A DNA stretch of 64,000 bases from Burkholderiaceae bacterium (GTDB lineage Bacteria; Pseudomonadota; Gammaproteobacteria; Burkholderiales; Burkholderiaceae_C), in contig JAHCKM010000006.1 of the NCBI GenBank assembly GCA_026125795.1, positions 75,719-139,718 on the forward strand. Reading direction: 5' to 3'. Positions 1-10,272 of this stretch are shown one piece after another; position 1 is the stretch's first letter, and each line of letters opens with the position of its first letter. The translations under genes were made by a program, and so were the position numbers. The notes below the pieces were generated by a model, which did no database searches, was not told where the DNA came from, and saw nothing but the letters and a program-made list of their open reading frames with translations.

Positions 1-1925
1 TGGCGTTCGCCAGCTTCGACGGCACGCTCGGCATCGTCGAGGGCCAGCGGGTGCTCGCGCGCAGCGACGGGCGCACCGCGCGCGTGGTCGACGCCGCCGA
101 TCTGCGCATCAGCGCCGATGCGCGCGTCGTGCAGTGGCGTGGCGCCGACGATGCGGCGCCGCGTTCGTTTGCGCTCGAGCATCGCGCCGTCGGGGCCGAA
201 GTGGCGAACCTGAGCGCGGCCGCGGAACGCCGCGGTCTGAGGATCACCGGCGTGCCCCATGGCACGACAGCGGCCGTCGAAGGCCATGCGGTGCCGCTGC
301 TGCCCAACGAATCGACACGTGCCGCCGTGGTGCTGCCCGACCGTTCGGCGGTGGTGCTGGGCTCGAGCCGCACGCTGCGTCGCATCGGGGCCGATGGCCG
401 TGCCCACTGGACGCTGCAGCAGCCCACCGAAACCCGCGCGGTCGGCGTCTCGGCCGACGGGCGGCTCGTCGTCGCGGCGTTGTCAGACGGCTCGATCCGC
501 TGGTATCGCGGGTCCGATGGCGCGGCGCTGCTGTCGCTGCTGGTGCTGCGTGACGGACGCTGGGTGCTGTGGACCGAGAGCGGTCACTTCGATGCCGGGC
601 CCGGTGCGGAAGATCTGGTCGGCTGGCTGATCACGCGGCCCAGCGGCGAGCAGGCCGACTACTTCGGCGCGTCGCGCCTGCGCGACCGGTTCCTGCGTCC
701 CGACATCATCGATCAGGTGCTGGTGCAGCAGGACCTGCCGCGTGCGATCGCGGTGGCCAACCAGACGCGCATCGGCCTGGCGCGGGCGCAGACGCAGGAC
801 GACGACCTGGTGAACCGGCTGCATGCCGCGCAGCAGCCGGTGCCGGTGCGCGAGGCGGTGCCCGCGGCATTGACGCTCGCCGAGGCCCCGCCTGCGCAGG
901 TGGGGTCGACCACGGTGGACGTGAAGGTCAAGGTCCATGCGCCGTCCGATCCGCGGCAACAGGTGCTGACCGCGCGGCTCGACGGGCGGCCGGTCGAGGT
1001 GGTGCTCAAGCGCATCGGAACCTTGCCCAGCGGCGAGACGCTGGCCGAGTTGTCGATCGAGCTGGTCAATGCATCGGGTCGGCTGCAGATCGCGGCGCAG
1101 GGCCCCAACGGCGTGTCGATGCCGGTGGAGTTCGACGTGCGCAGCACCGCGGCGGCGCTGCGCGAAAGGCCACGGCCGTCGCTGTATGTCGCGGCGGTGG
1201 GCGTCAGCCGCTATGCCAACCCGGTGATCAACCTGCAACAGGCGGCCAAGGACGCGCGCGACTTCGCGCGTGCGCTCGAGCACCAGCAAGGGGCCTTCTA
1301 CCAAGCCGTGCACACCCGCGTGCTCACCGACGAAGGCGCCACGCGTGCCGCGGTGCTCGATGCATTGAGGTGGCTTCGCAGCGCACCCGGCGCCAACGAC
1401 ATCGCGGTGCTTTTCTTTGCCGGCCACGGCGTGGTCGATGCCGCCGACACCTACTACTTCCTGCCGCACGACATGCGCGAGAGCCAGCTGCCGCGCAGCG
1501 CGGTGTCGGAGACCCAGCTGCGCGAGGCGCTGGCGGCGGTCAAGGGCCGCACGCTGTTCTTCGTCGACACCTGCTACGCCAGCCGCGCGATCGGCAAGCT
1601 GGATCGGCGCGAGACGCTGCGGCTGGCCAACGGCCTGTCGCAGTCGGAGATGGGCGTGATCGTGTTCTCGGGCAGTGCACCGCGGCAGGAGTCGCTGGAG
1701 TCCGCCGCCTGGGGCAACGGCGCCTTCACCAAGGCGCTGCTCGACGGGCTGGGTGGGCTCGCCGACAGCCGGCGCGTCGGCTTCGTCACGCACATCGGCC
1801 TCGACGGCTACGTCGCTCATGCCGTGCGTGCGCTGACCGTGGGCCGCCAGACACCCGTGACGGTGCTGCCGCAGGGCATCGCCGACTATCCGATCGCCAA
1901 GTCCGATGCCCAACGTCCCGAGTAG
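1..1925 (+). CDS. WD40-like repeat / caspase-like (peptidase C14) fusion protein, 5' end outside window
   Basis: The frame of ORF 51..1925 stays open back to base 3 (AFASFDGTLGIVEG...), so the gene is cut by the window edge. The N-terminal part has WD40-type blades (VSADGRLVVAALSDGSIRWYRGSDG). The C-terminal ~250 aa has a caspase p20-like layout (SLYVAAVGVSRY...) with a catalytic-type His in VLFFAGHGVV and Cys in TLFFVDTCYAS. Confidence 0.8.
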   Translation, partial: AFASFDGTLGIVEGQRVLARSDGRTARVVDAADLRISADARVVQWRGADDAAPRSFALEHRAVGAEVANLSAAAERRGLRITGVPHGTTAAVEGHAVPLLPNESTRAAVVLPDRSAVVLGSSRTLRRIGADGRAHWTLQQPTETRAVGVSADGRLVVAALSDGSIRWYRGSDGAALLSLLVLRDGRWVLWTESGHFDAGPGAEDLVGWLITRPSGEQADYFGASRLRDRFLRPDIIDQVLVQQDLPRAIAVANQTRIGLARAQTQDDDLVNRLHAAQQPVPVREAVPAALTLAEAPPAQVGSTTVDVKVKVHAPSDPRQQVLTARLDGRPVEVVLKRIGTLPSGETLAELSIELVNASGRLQIAAQGPNGVSMPVEFDVRSTAAALRERPRPSLYVAAVGVSRYANPVINLQQAAKDARDFARALEHQQGAFYQAVHTRVLTDEGATRAAVLDALRWLRSAPGANDIAVLFFAGHGVVDAADTYYFLPHDMRESQLPRSAVSETQLREALAAVKGRTLFFVDTCYASRAIGKLDRRETLRLANGLSQSEMGVIVFSGSAPRQESLESAAWGNGAFTKALLDGLGGLADSRRVGFVTHIGLDGYVAHAVRALTVGRQTPVTVLPQGIADYPIAKSDAQRPE

Positions 1926-1959
1926 CCACGACATGAGGATCGAAAGGCTCGGATCCCCC

Positions 1960-3915
1960 ATGCGGTGCGCCTCGCGGGCGCGCTCCGTGGTGCTGGCCTG
2001 GCTGGCCGCGCTGATGCTTGCCGCCTGCGGCGGTGGCGGAGGCGACGATGCCGGCGGCGCCGCCCATGGCGGCAGCAGCGTGGGAGGCAGCACCGATGGT
2101 GGCGGCACGGCGGGTGGCGGCAGCAGCGGAGGCAGCACCGGGGGTGGTGGCAGCACCGGAGGTGGCGGCAGTGCCGGCAGCTCAGGCGGCTTGCCGGCGC
2201 TTCGTTCGTCGCCGCAATCGGCCACCGTCATCGCCGGGCAGGAAGCCGTGTTTCGCGTCGAGGCGATCGGCGCGGGTCTGGTCTTCGAGTGGCAGCAGCG
2301 AAGCGGACCGGACGCCTGGGGTCCTGCGACCGGTCAGATGTCGACGCAGGGAGACTCCAGCGAGTTGCGGGTCACGAACCTTTCCTACGGCCAGAGCGAA
2401 ACCTACTACCGTGCGCTGATCCGCAACGGCGCGGGCCAGGTGGCGAGCGCCGAAGCCCGGCTCGATGTGGCCTGGGGCTCGGTGGAGACGATCGAACCCA
2501 ACACGATCGACTTCAACGCCGGAGGCGACGGCCCGGGCGCGGGCGGCGATGGCGATGGCCCGGGCGCGGCCGGCGATGGCGGCACGCCGGGCGGTGGCGA
2601 TGGCGACGGCGTCGGCGCCGGCGGCGGCCTCGGCAAGACGCTGCGCGTGCAGATCGCGGTGGCTCGCACGAGCGACGGCGCTTCGCTCGGCAGCGCCCTC
2701 ACGGGCCCGACGTCCGGGCTGGTGCGGATCAAGGCGGCGCCGGGCAGTGCACCGGTGCTGCTGACCTTGAGCGGGACCGACCTCGGCGCGTACTTCGACG
2801 AAGGGCGGCAGATGTTGGTGCCGTACGGACCGGAGCAGCCGCCACTGCACGCGCTGGTGACCGAGTTCGATCAGCACCTGGGCGTGACCGCGCTGACCGA
2901 AGCCGCCTACCGTTACGCGCTCAATCACTTCATCGCCGATCCCAATGCCGTCCGCAACGGGGCCGCGCCGCTGCGGCGCACCGCGACCACCGACGAGATC
3001 GCACGGCTGACGCCGGCGCAGATCCGGCAGGCGCACGAGGCGATCCGCACCGAGATCAACCGTGCACTGCCGGAGCGCTACCGACTGATCTCGATCGCCA
3101 CGCTGCCGACGCCGGTGGACGCCCATTCGGGTCGCGGCACGATCACCCACAACCGCTACGGCGTCATCCAGGCCGTGACGGGCGGGCTGGCCGTCGTGGC
3201 CGCGCGCTTCGACGCCACGCTGGGCCGGCCAGGACTGACCATGGCCACCCAGCTTGCCGACGATCTCACCGATGGCGTGGTCGACGGCATGCGGCTGGAC
3301 GGAAGCTCGGTGTTTGCAGGCACCCGAGCGGCGTACAACCCCATCACCTTCGCAAGCGACCTCGTGGCCGCCGCCGATTTCCTGTTCGACCTGCTGGGCG
3401 GCCTGCTGCCGCTGCCGATCATCACCGGGCAGCCGCTGTCGGTGGCGATCACCGACGGCGGCAGCGCGACGCTGAGCGTGCAGGCCGACGGTGCGGGACT
3501 GACCTATCAGTGGTTTGCCGGCGATGCGGAAATCGCCGGCGCGGATTCGCCGGTCTACAGCACCGGAGTCCCCGGCGTCTACCGGGTCGTGGTCGGCAAC
3601 GCCGCCGGTGCCATCTCGAGCGCCTCGGCCACGGTGAGTCTCAGCCCCACGGTGGTGGCGCCGACGATCACGCGACAACCGCAGTCGTTGTCGATCGGGC
3701 TCGGGATCAGCGCCCTGTTCACGGTCGAGGCCTCGGGCACCGACCTGGTGTACCAGTGGTTCGACGCCAGCGGTCCGCTCGCCCGGGCCACGACCGCGAT
3801 CCTGAACACCGCCATCGCCGGCCGGTATCACGTCGTGGTGAGCAACGGCGCCGGCTCGGTGCGAAGCAACGACGTCACGTTGCTCGTGCTGCCGCTGCCG
3901 CTGGCACCCGAGTGA
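1960..3915 (+). CDS. large lipoprotein with two Gly-rich linkers, an unknown central domain and three Ig-like domains
   Basis: ORF 1906..3915. The preferred start is ATG 1960 ([23 protein letters not shown], lipobox LAAC); alternatives are 1906 and 1933. Three ~85-aa repeats share one pattern: [62 protein letters not shown] and [32 protein letters not shown]. Confidence 0.75.
   Translation: MRCASRARSVVLAWLAALMLAACGGGGGDDAGGAAHGGSSVGGSTDGGGTAGGGSSGGSTGGGGSTGGGGSAGSSGGLPALRSSPQSATVIAGQEAVFRVEAIGAGLVFEWQQRSGPDAWGPATGQMSTQGDSSELRVTNLSYGQSETYYRALIRNGAGQVASAEARLDVAWGSVETIEPNTIDFNAGGDGPGAGGDGDGPGAAGDGGTPGGGDGDGVGAGGGLGKTLRVQIAVARTSDGASLGSALTGPTSGLVRIKAAPGSAPVLLTLSGTDLGAYFDEGRQMLVPYGPEQPPLHALVTEFDQHLGVTALTEAAYRYALNHFIADPNAVRNGAAPLRRTATTDEIARLTPAQIRQAHEAIRTEINRALPERYRLISIATLPTPVDAHSGRGTITHNRYGVIQAVTGGLAVVAARFDATLGRPGLTMATQLADDLTDGVVDGMRLDGSSVFAGTRAAYNPITFASDLVAAADFLFDLLGGLLPLPIITGQPLSVAITDGGSATLSVQADGAGLTYQWFAGDAEIAGADSPVYSTGVPGVYRVVVGNAAGAISSASATVSLSPTVVAPTITRQPQSLSIGLGISALFTVEASGTDLVYQWFDASGPLARATTAILNTAIAGRYHVVVSNGAGSVRSNDVTLLVLPLPLAPE
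2029..2190 (+). repeat. coding low-complexity Gly/Ser/Thr tract (imperfect GGC/AGC short repeats)
   Basis: It encodes [54 protein letters not shown] directly after the lipobox Cys. A second Gly/Asp tract lies at nt 2521-2634 ([38 protein letters not shown]). Confidence 0.8.
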
Positions 3916-3988
3916 TCCGCGCCCGGGCGCAGGCCTGGCGTTGGCGCGCGCTCTACCATGTGGCAACCGTGTTGATCAGGAGCGCGCC

Positions 3989-4456
3989 ATGCGCCGATAT
4001 GCCACCTTGTTGCTGCTGGCCGCTGCCGCGAACGTGCGGGCCGACACCATCGGATCGGTCGATACCGTCTTCAAGCTGATCGGACCGGACCACAAGATCG
4101 TCGTCGAAGCCTATGACGACCCTGGCGTCGGCGGCGTCACCTGCTACCTCTCGCGCGCCCGAACCGGCGGCGTCAAGGGTGCGCTCGGCGTGGCCGAGGA
4201 CAGGGCCGAGGCGTCGATCTCGTGCCGGCAGGTCGGACCGATCTCGATCCCGAAGCCGCTCGAAGCGCAGGAGGAGATCTTCAACGAGCGCATCAGCCTG
4301 GTGTTCAAGCGGCTGCGCATCGTGCGCATGGTGGACGTCAAGCGAAACGCGCTGGTGTATCTGACCTACTCCGATCGGGTCATCGAAGGATCGCCGCAGA
4401 ACTCGGTCACCGCACTGGCGGTGGACCGCAGCCTGGTCATCCCGGTGAAACGATGA
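3989..4456 (+). CDS. creA: CreA family protein (secreted)
   Basis: ORF 3941..4456. ATG 3989 gives the signal peptide [18 protein letters not shown]. The body ([26 protein letters not shown]...[18 protein letters not shown]) matches my recollection of the CreA family. Confidence 0.8.
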   Translation: MRRYATLLLLAAAANVRADTIGSVDTVFKLIGPDHKIVVEAYDDPGVGGVTCYLSRARTGGVKGALGVAEDRAEASISCRQVGPISIPKPLEAQEEIFNERISLVFKRLRIVRMVDVKRNALVYLTYSDRVIEGSPQNSVTALAVDRSLVIPVKR

Positions 4457-4535
4457 GCGCGGGATGAGCGCGCGCTGAACCGGGTGGGCGGCTCCGCCCG
4501 TGCCAGACTCGCGCTCCATCGTCCGGATGCCTGCC

Positions 4536-5183
4536 ATGACTCGCACGAGCCACCGATTGCTCAACGTCTTTGTCACCGGGGCGGTCGCGGCGCTGCCGCT
4601 GGCCGCGACGATCCTGATCTTCGTCTGGGGTGCGCGCCTGGTGGTCGCCTACGTCGGACCCGAGAGCCTGATCGGCGGCCTGCTCAAGGGCATCGGTTTG
4701 GGCATCACGGGCTCGGAGATCGTCGGCTACGCGATCGGCGTGGGCGTCGTGCTGGTGGCGATCTTCCTGCTCGGTCTGCTGGTGCAGACGCGCCTGCGCG
4801 ACGTGCTGGCGGCGCTGCTCAACGGCGTCGTGCAGCGCATTCCGCTGGTGCGCAACATCTACGACCTCGTCAAGCGCTTCGTCGACTTGCTCGCCCAGCG
4901 TGGCGACGAAGGTATGCGCTCCATGCACCCGGTGTGGCTGCACTTCGGCGGCGTGGGCGGCGCGGCGGTGCTCGGGCTGCTGTCCACGCCCGAGCCGGTG
5001 CGCATGGGCGAGCTGGACTACCTCGCAGTGCTGGTGCCCACCGCGCCGGTGCCGGTGGGCGGCGGGCTGCTCTACGTGCCGTCGGGCTGGGTCACGCCGG
5101 CCGACGTGGGGATCGAGGGGCTGACCAGCATCTACGTGTCAATGGGCATCACCTCGCATCAGCACATCCGGCGCGCGGCCTGA
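4536..5183 (+). CDS. DUF502 domain membrane protein
   Basis: ORF 4500..5183. The N-terminal TM segment LLNVFVTGAVAALPLAATILIFVW and the C-terminal PTAPVPVGGGLLYVP are typical of DUF502. The start is ambiguous (GTG 4500, ATG 4527, ATG 4536). Confidence 0.75.
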   Translation: MTRTSHRLLNVFVTGAVAALPLAATILIFVWGARLVVAYVGPESLIGGLLKGIGLGITGSEIVGYAIGVGVVLVAIFLLGLLVQTRLRDVLAALLNGVVQRIPLVRNIYDLVKRFVDLLAQRGDEGMRSMHPVWLHFGGVGGAAVLGLLSTPEPVRMGELDYLAVLVPTAPVPVGGGLLYVPSGWVTPADVGIEGLTSIYVSMGITSHQHIRRAA

Positions 5184-5207
5184 CCAACGCGCGCGGGCCA
5201 ATCGCCG

Positions 5208-6113
5208 TCACGCGGCGGCCTTGGCCCCCATCAGCATCGAGATCTGCTGGTCCTTCTCCTGCCACAGCGCCGCCAGCCAGCGGTGGAAGGCGGCGCGGAA
5301 GGTGGGATCGGCTTCGTAGTTGCCCGCGCAGTACTGCGCCGGAATCGGCAACTGCCTGACGCGAACGATCACCCTGGGAATCCGGCCGCACAGAAAGCGC
5401 CAGAACGTCGGCGTGCCATCGGGATAGACGATGGTCACGTCGATCAACGAATGGAACTTCTCGCCCATGGCGTTGAGCGTCAGCGCGAAGGCGCCCGCCT
5501 TCGGCTTCAGCAGGTGCTGGTAGGGCGACCCCTGGGCCCTGTGCTTGGCGGGCGTGAAGCGCGTGCCTTCGGCGAAGTTCATCACGCTGGTGGGGACGCG
5601 GGCGAATCGTTCGCAGGCGCGGCGGGTGGTCTCGCGGTCGCGCTCGCGCAGCTCGGGATGGCGCCGCAGCGTCGCCTTGGAGTGACGCCGCATGAAAGGA
5701 AAGTCCAGCGCCCACCAGGCGATGCCGATCACCGGCACGTAGATCAGCTGCTGCTTGAGGAAGAACTTCAGCAGCGGAATGCGGCGGTTCAGCAAATGCT
5801 GCAGCACGAAAACGTCGACCCACGACTGGTGATTGGCATTGACCAGGTACCAGCCGTCGTGGCGCAGGGCATCGATGCCGCTCACGTCCCACACGGTGCG
5901 TTGCGTGAGTCGCATCCACGCGCTGTTGCCGCTGATCCACCGGGTGGCGATGGTGCCGAGCGCACGGTCCAGGCGTGCGCGCGCAGCGCCCGCCGGCAGG
6001 GCGAGCTTGGCCAACGCGAGAGGAAACAGCGCCGCACACCACAACACGGTGTTGAGCGCCAGCAGCAGCGAGGCGATCATGCCGCGCAGGGGAGCAGGCA
6101 GATGGGCAAGCAC
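5208..6113 (-). CDS. lysophospholipid/1-acyl-glycerol-3-phosphate acyltransferase family protein (YihG-like)
   Basis: The HX4D acyltransferase motif (NHQSWVDVF) and the FAEGTRF motif are present, with an N-terminal TM helix. The start is GTG 6113; ATG 6080 is an alternative. Confidence 0.8.
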   Translation of the reverse strand: MLAHLPAPLRGMIASLLLALNTVLWCAALFPLALAKLALPAGAARARLDRALGTIATRWISGNSAWMRLTQRTVWDVSGIDALRHDGWYLVNANHQSWVDVFVLQHLLNRRIPLLKFFLKQQLIYVPVIGIAWWALDFPFMRRHSKATLRRHPELRERDRETTRRACERFARVPTSVMNFAEGTRFTPAKHRAQGSPYQHLLKPKAGAFALTLNAMGEKFHSLIDVTIVYPDGTPTFWRFLCGRIPRVIVRVRQLPIPAQYCAGNYEADPTFRAAFHRWLAALWQEKDQQISMLMGAKAAA

Positions 6114-6200
6114 GATGCGAGCCGATTCTGGTGGGCATATGACGCGCAGCCTTGCGCTGGATCAATCGCAACGGGCACGGCGCTTGCCGACGCGCGAGCC

Positions 6201-7025
6201 GTGAGCCACGCGGTCGACGAGACGCTCCAAGGCAACGGCGCAGACCCACCGCGCTCCCGGTGCGGGTGGCTCCGCGCAGCGCTTTGCATCCTGCTTCCGG
6301 CACTGGCTTGTGCCCCCTGGCCGGCGAGCGCCGGACCGGCCGAGGCTTCGGTGTGGATCGACGTGTCGCGCAAGGGCACGGCGCGATTCAACGGATACCG
6401 CCTGCCGCGCGAGTCCGAAGGCATGGGCGTGGTGCTGGCTCCGACACAGGAGATCGCCACCGCCGCTCACGTGGTCTGGCAAGCCGAGTCGATCACGGTC
6501 ACGGACCTCCATGGCGCCAAAGCCCGCGCCCGCGTCGTGTGCATCGACAAGGCGGTCGACGTGGCCTTGCTGCGGGTGGCCCGTCCGCCCCGGCACGTTG
6601 CGACCGTGCGCGCGAGGCCGGCCGTCACGGGCGAGCGGGTCGGTGTCGTGGAACGCCCGCAGCCCGGTGAAGCACCGACCATCGCGGCCGGAGCCATTGC
6701 GGCCACACGCTGGACCGTCCATGGCGTACCGGTTGCGCTCATCTTTTCGGGCATCAAGGGCGAAAAGGGCATGAGCGGTGGCGGACTCTTTGATGCCGCG
6801 GGCGATCTGCTGGGCATCGTCATCCGCATCGAAGGACGCTTTGGATACCTGAGCGCGCTTCCGGTGGCCGAGCTTTGCACGCGCTTCTCGCGCTGCGCCG
6901 AGGGCGACGCTGCGGCATGGTCCCCGTTGGGTTGCGATCCCGGCGCGGCATCGCGGTCCCCGGCTTCCGGCCCGGCCCTTGAGCCTCGAGCGTCGGTTCA
7001 TCGAGCGGCGCGACGCGGGCCTTGA
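6201..7025 (+). CDS. secreted trypsin-like (S1/S1C-type) serine protease
   Basis: Only the last ~274 codons of ORF 5283..7025 look coding. There is a signal-like segment LRAALCILLPALACAPWPASA. Triad candidates are His in ATAAHVV, Asp in DVALLRV and Ser in GMSGGGLF. The GTG 6201 start is tentative. Confidence 0.65.
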   Translation: MSHAVDETLQGNGADPPRSRCGWLRAALCILLPALACAPWPASAGPAEASVWIDVSRKGTARFNGYRLPRESEGMGVVLAPTQEIATAAHVVWQAESITVTDLHGAKARARVVCIDKAVDVALLRVARPPRHVATVRARPAVTGERVGVVERPQPGEAPTIAAGAIAATRWTVHGVPVALIFSGIKGEKGMSGGGLFDAAGDLLGIVIRIEGRFGYLSALPVAELCTRFSRCAEGDAAAWSPLGCDPGAASRSPASGPALEPRASVHRAARRGP

Positions 7026-7119
7026 AGAACGACGTCATCAGGTGGCACCCGCGGGCTGCTGCCGGCCTTGCGCATGCGCGCCGTACAGTAGCGTCCGCAG
7101 ACCGTTGCCGGAGGGTGTG

Positions 7120-8985
7120 ATGGGGGTGGCAAGCCATGTCTGGGCCGCCGCGTGCGTGTTTGTGGCCGCCGCACAGGCCGCCGATGGGCCGCCGCCAGTC
7201 CTTGCCGCGCGCGAACTCAGCGACCTCTCGCTCGAGCAGCTGTCCAACGTCGTCATCTCCACCGTCAGCGGGCGTGCGGAGCCGCTGTCGGGCGCGCTGG
7301 GTTCGGTCCACGTGATCTCCGGCGAGGACATCCGGCGCTCGGGCGCCACCAGCCTGCCCGAGGCCCTGCGGCTGGCGCCCAACCTGCAGGTGGCCCAGGC
7401 CGGCGCGCTGGGCTACGCGATCACCGCGCGCGGCTTCAACGGCACGCTGGCCAACAAGCTGCTCGTGCTGATGGATGGGCGCTCCATCTACACACCGACG
7501 TTCTCCGGCGTGTTCTGGGAAGCGCACGACCTGCTGCTCGACGACGTGGAGCGCATCGAGGTGATCAGCGGCCCGGGCGGCGTCCTGTGGGGCGCCAACG
7601 CGGTCAACGGCGTCATCAACATCATCACCCGCTCCGCTGCTTCCACGCGCGGCACGCTGGCCGGGGCCGCCGCCGGGACGCATGAATCCGGCGCCTTTGC
7701 CCGCTACGGCGGCCATATCGCCGACGGGAGCTTTCGCGTCTACGCCAAACAATGGCGATGGAAGAACCTCGAAGACGAGGGCGGCACCGAGCGACGCGAT
7801 GGCTCGGAGCGGCTTCAGGCGGGCTTTCGTGGCGACTGGGAGCGCGGCCGGGCCGCGTTCACCGTGCAAGGTGACGTCTATGCGAGCGAAGGCAACCAGA
7901 CGCCGAACCCGCAGGCGCTGCACGGGGCCAACGTGCTGGCCCGCTGGCGACATGATCTCGGCAACGGCGACGCCCTGCGCGTGCAGGCCTACTACGACCG
8001 CACCTCACGCGAGCAACAGCACCTGTACATCGCCGACGTCGACGTGCAGCACGCGCTCGCCCGGCGCGGCGCCCATCGTGTGCTGTGGGGAGCCGGGTTG
8101 CGCCACTCGCGCGACCGGATCCAGAACTCCGCAGCGCTGGCGCTCATCCCCGCCGACAAGGACCTCAGGAGCTGGAACGTCTACCTCGTCGACGAGATCG
8201 CGCTGGGTCGGAACCTCGACCTGTCGGTGGGTGCCAAGGTCGATCACAACAGCTACACCGGTGCGGAGTTCCTGCCGAGCGTGCGGATGGGCTGGCGCCT
8301 CACGCCCCAGCACCTGCTGTGGGGCGCCGGGTCGCGCGCGGTTCGCACCCCGTCGCGCTTCGACCGCGAGCTGTTCCTGCCCGGCAATCCGCCGTTCCTT
8401 CTTGCCGGAGGGCCCGAGTTCGAGTCGGAGGTGGCGAACGTCTATGAGATCGGCTATCGCGGCCAGCTGAGCACCGATGCGTCGCTCTCGGCGACGGCCT
8501 TCTTCCATGACCTGGACAAGGTGCGCACCGTGGGCCCGGGCCCGGGTGCAGCGCGCGTGGAGAACAACCGCGAGGGCCACACGCGGGGCATCGAGACCTG
8601 GGGCGCACTGCGCGTCACCGACGGCTGGCGGCTGCAGGCGGGATACACGCACCTGGACACGCGGCTGGGCGTGAAGCCCGGGCAGGTCGACCTGCAGCCG
8701 CCGCAGAACATCGGGTCCGATCCGCGCTCCTGGTGGAACCTGCGCTCGACGCACGACCTCGGGGGTGGCTGGGAGTTCGACGTGCTGGCGCGGCACCATG
8801 GTGCCCTGGCGAATCGCGGCGTGCCGAGCTATACCGCGGTCGACCTGCGCGTCGGGTGGCGCGCGCCGGCGCTGGATGTCTCGCTGCTGCTGCAGAACCT
8901 GTTCGATCCCGGCCACGTCGAGTGGGCGCCTGCCGCGGCGCAGCTCGAGCGCGCGGCCCTGGTCAAGGTCACGCTGCGCTTTTAG
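7120..8985 (+). CDS. TonB-dependent outer-membrane receptor
   Basis: ATG 7120 is preceded by GGAGGG. The signal peptide is MGVASHVWAAACVFVAAAQA. The plug region reads LSLEQLSNVVISTVSGRAEP...VHVISGEDIRRSGATSLPEALRLAPNLQV, followed by a beta-barrel ending in the aromatic residue ...VTLRF. Confidence 0.9.
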   Translation: MGVASHVWAAACVFVAAAQAADGPPPVLAARELSDLSLEQLSNVVISTVSGRAEPLSGALGSVHVISGEDIRRSGATSLPEALRLAPNLQVAQAGALGYAITARGFNGTLANKLLVLMDGRSIYTPTFSGVFWEAHDLLLDDVERIEVISGPGGVLWGANAVNGVINIITRSAASTRGTLAGAAAGTHESGAFARYGGHIADGSFRVYAKQWRWKNLEDEGGTERRDGSERLQAGFRGDWERGRAAFTVQGDVYASEGNQTPNPQALHGANVLARWRHDLGNGDALRVQAYYDRTSREQQHLYIADVDVQHALARRGAHRVLWGAGLRHSRDRIQNSAALALIPADKDLRSWNVYLVDEIALGRNLDLSVGAKVDHNSYTGAEFLPSVRMGWRLTPQHLLWGAGSRAVRTPSRFDRELFLPGNPPFLLAGGPEFESEVANVYEIGYRGQLSTDASLSATAFFHDLDKVRTVGPGPGAARVENNREGHTRGIETWGALRVTDGWRLQAGYTHLDTRLGVKPGQVDLQPPQNIGSDPRSWWNLRSTHDLGGGWEFDVLARHHGALANRGVPSYTAVDLRVGWRAPALDVSLLLQNLFDPGHVEWAPAAAQLERAALVKVTLRF

Positions 8986-9033
8986 TAGCCCGCCAGAGGG
9001 TGGCAACCACTAGCCGCCGACGCCGGCGAGGGC

Positions 9034-10212
9034 TCAACGCGGATCGGCCGCGGCCCGTGAGGTCGTCGCGCGCAGGCTCGATGACAGCGCCCAGCTCAGC
9101 AGCACCAGCGGCAACCCCAGCCCGAAGGTCCAGCGGATGCCCAGGTGCTCGGCCACGAAACCGAGCAGCGGCGGTCCGAGCAGGAAGCTGACGAACGAGA
9201 TCTGCGCCAGCGCCGCCACGTTGGTGGCAGCTGGCCGGTCGGTGCGCTGCGCGGCGGCCGACATGGCCAGCGGAAACATCACGCTGGTGCCTACGCCGAT
9301 CAGCGCAAAGCCGAGCAGCGCTTGCGGCCATGCCGGCGCCAGCGTGACCATCAGCGTGCCCAGGCCGAGCACCGCCAGCAGCGTGCGCGCGATCGCCAGC
9401 GGGCTGTGGCGCTCGACAAAGCGGTCGGCCACATATCGCGTGGCGCCTTGTGCGAATGCGCCGGTGGCCACCGCCAAGCCACTCAGGAACGGCGCGGCGC
9501 CGAACACGTCGCGCATGTAGATGGCCGACCAGTCGATGCCGGCGCCTTCGAGCACCAACCCGGACAGCGAGAACAGCACCAGCGCCATGATCGCCAGCGT
9601 GGGCCGCGCAAAGTGGTGCGCCGGCGCGTCGCTGCCGCCGCTGCGCTGCGGCGCGGCCTCGAAATCGCCCAGCAGCGGCAGCAGCACCACCACCGTGAGC
9701 GGCACCATGGCGGCCAGGTGCCACTGCGGCGAGATGCCCGCACGCGCGGCGAGCGCACCGAGCAGGCCCGCACCGAAGAAGCCGAAGCTCCAGAACGCGT
9801 GCGAGCGGTTCATGATGCGCCGCCCGCTCTGGTGCTCGACGCGATCGGCCTCCAGGTTCACGACCAGCTCGATGGCGCCGATGCAAAGCCCGGCGGGCAG
9901 CAGGCAAAGGAAGAGCGCCAGCGCGCTGCGGGCATGCGCGCTGAGCGCATAGAACAACGCCAGCACGGGAATCAGCGCCAGCAGCGTCAGCCGATGTCCC
10001 ACGCGCTCGATCGGGCGCCCGGCAAACGTGAGCGAAACCAGCGTGCCGCAGGCCGCGCCGATCAGGCCGAGGCCGAGCTCGCTTTCGCTCAGGCCCATCG
10101 AGCGCTGCAGTTCGGCCAGGCGCGGAAAGAAGCCGCCGATGGTGAAGGCGTAGAGGAAGAAGGCGGCAAACACGCGCCGATGCGGCGGCAGGCCGAGGCT
10201 GTATCGGAGCAT
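9034..10212 (-). CDS. MFS transporter
   Basis: A 392-aa polytopic protein with 12-TM-like periodicity and an MFS-type loop (FAGRPIERVGHR). Confidence 0.85.
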   Translation of the reverse strand: MLRYSLGLPPHRRVFAAFFLYAFTIGGFFPRLAELQRSMGLSESELGLGLIGAACGTLVSLTFAGRPIERVGHRLTLLALIPVLALFYALSAHARSALALFLCLLPAGLCIGAIELVVNLEADRVEHQSGRRIMNRSHAFWSFGFFGAGLLGALAARAGISPQWHLAAMVPLTVVVLLPLLGDFEAAPQRSGGSDAPAHHFARPTLAIMALVLFSLSGLVLEGAGIDWSAIYMRDVFGAAPFLSGLAVATGAFAQGATRYVADRFVERHSPLAIARTLLAVLGLGTLMVTLAPAWPQALLGFALIGVGTSVMFPLAMSAAAQRTDRPAATNVAALAQISFVSFLLGPPLLGFVAEHLGIRWTFGLGLPLVLLSWALSSSLRATTSRAAADPR

Positions 10213-10272
10213 GGCTGGAGCGCCGGGAGATTACAGATGAAAAGCGCCCGACGGGCCATGGACCCAAAACAG

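Noticed and set aside
483-2231. 582-aa ORF on the minus strand opposite the caspase-like gene.
   Set aside because: Its Pro/Arg/Ala/Gly-rich translation resembles no family. It lies fully antisense to a gene with clear domain signatures. This is the typical long shadow ORF of a GC-rich genome. The same applies to 2182..3966 (-) opposite the Ig lipoprotein.
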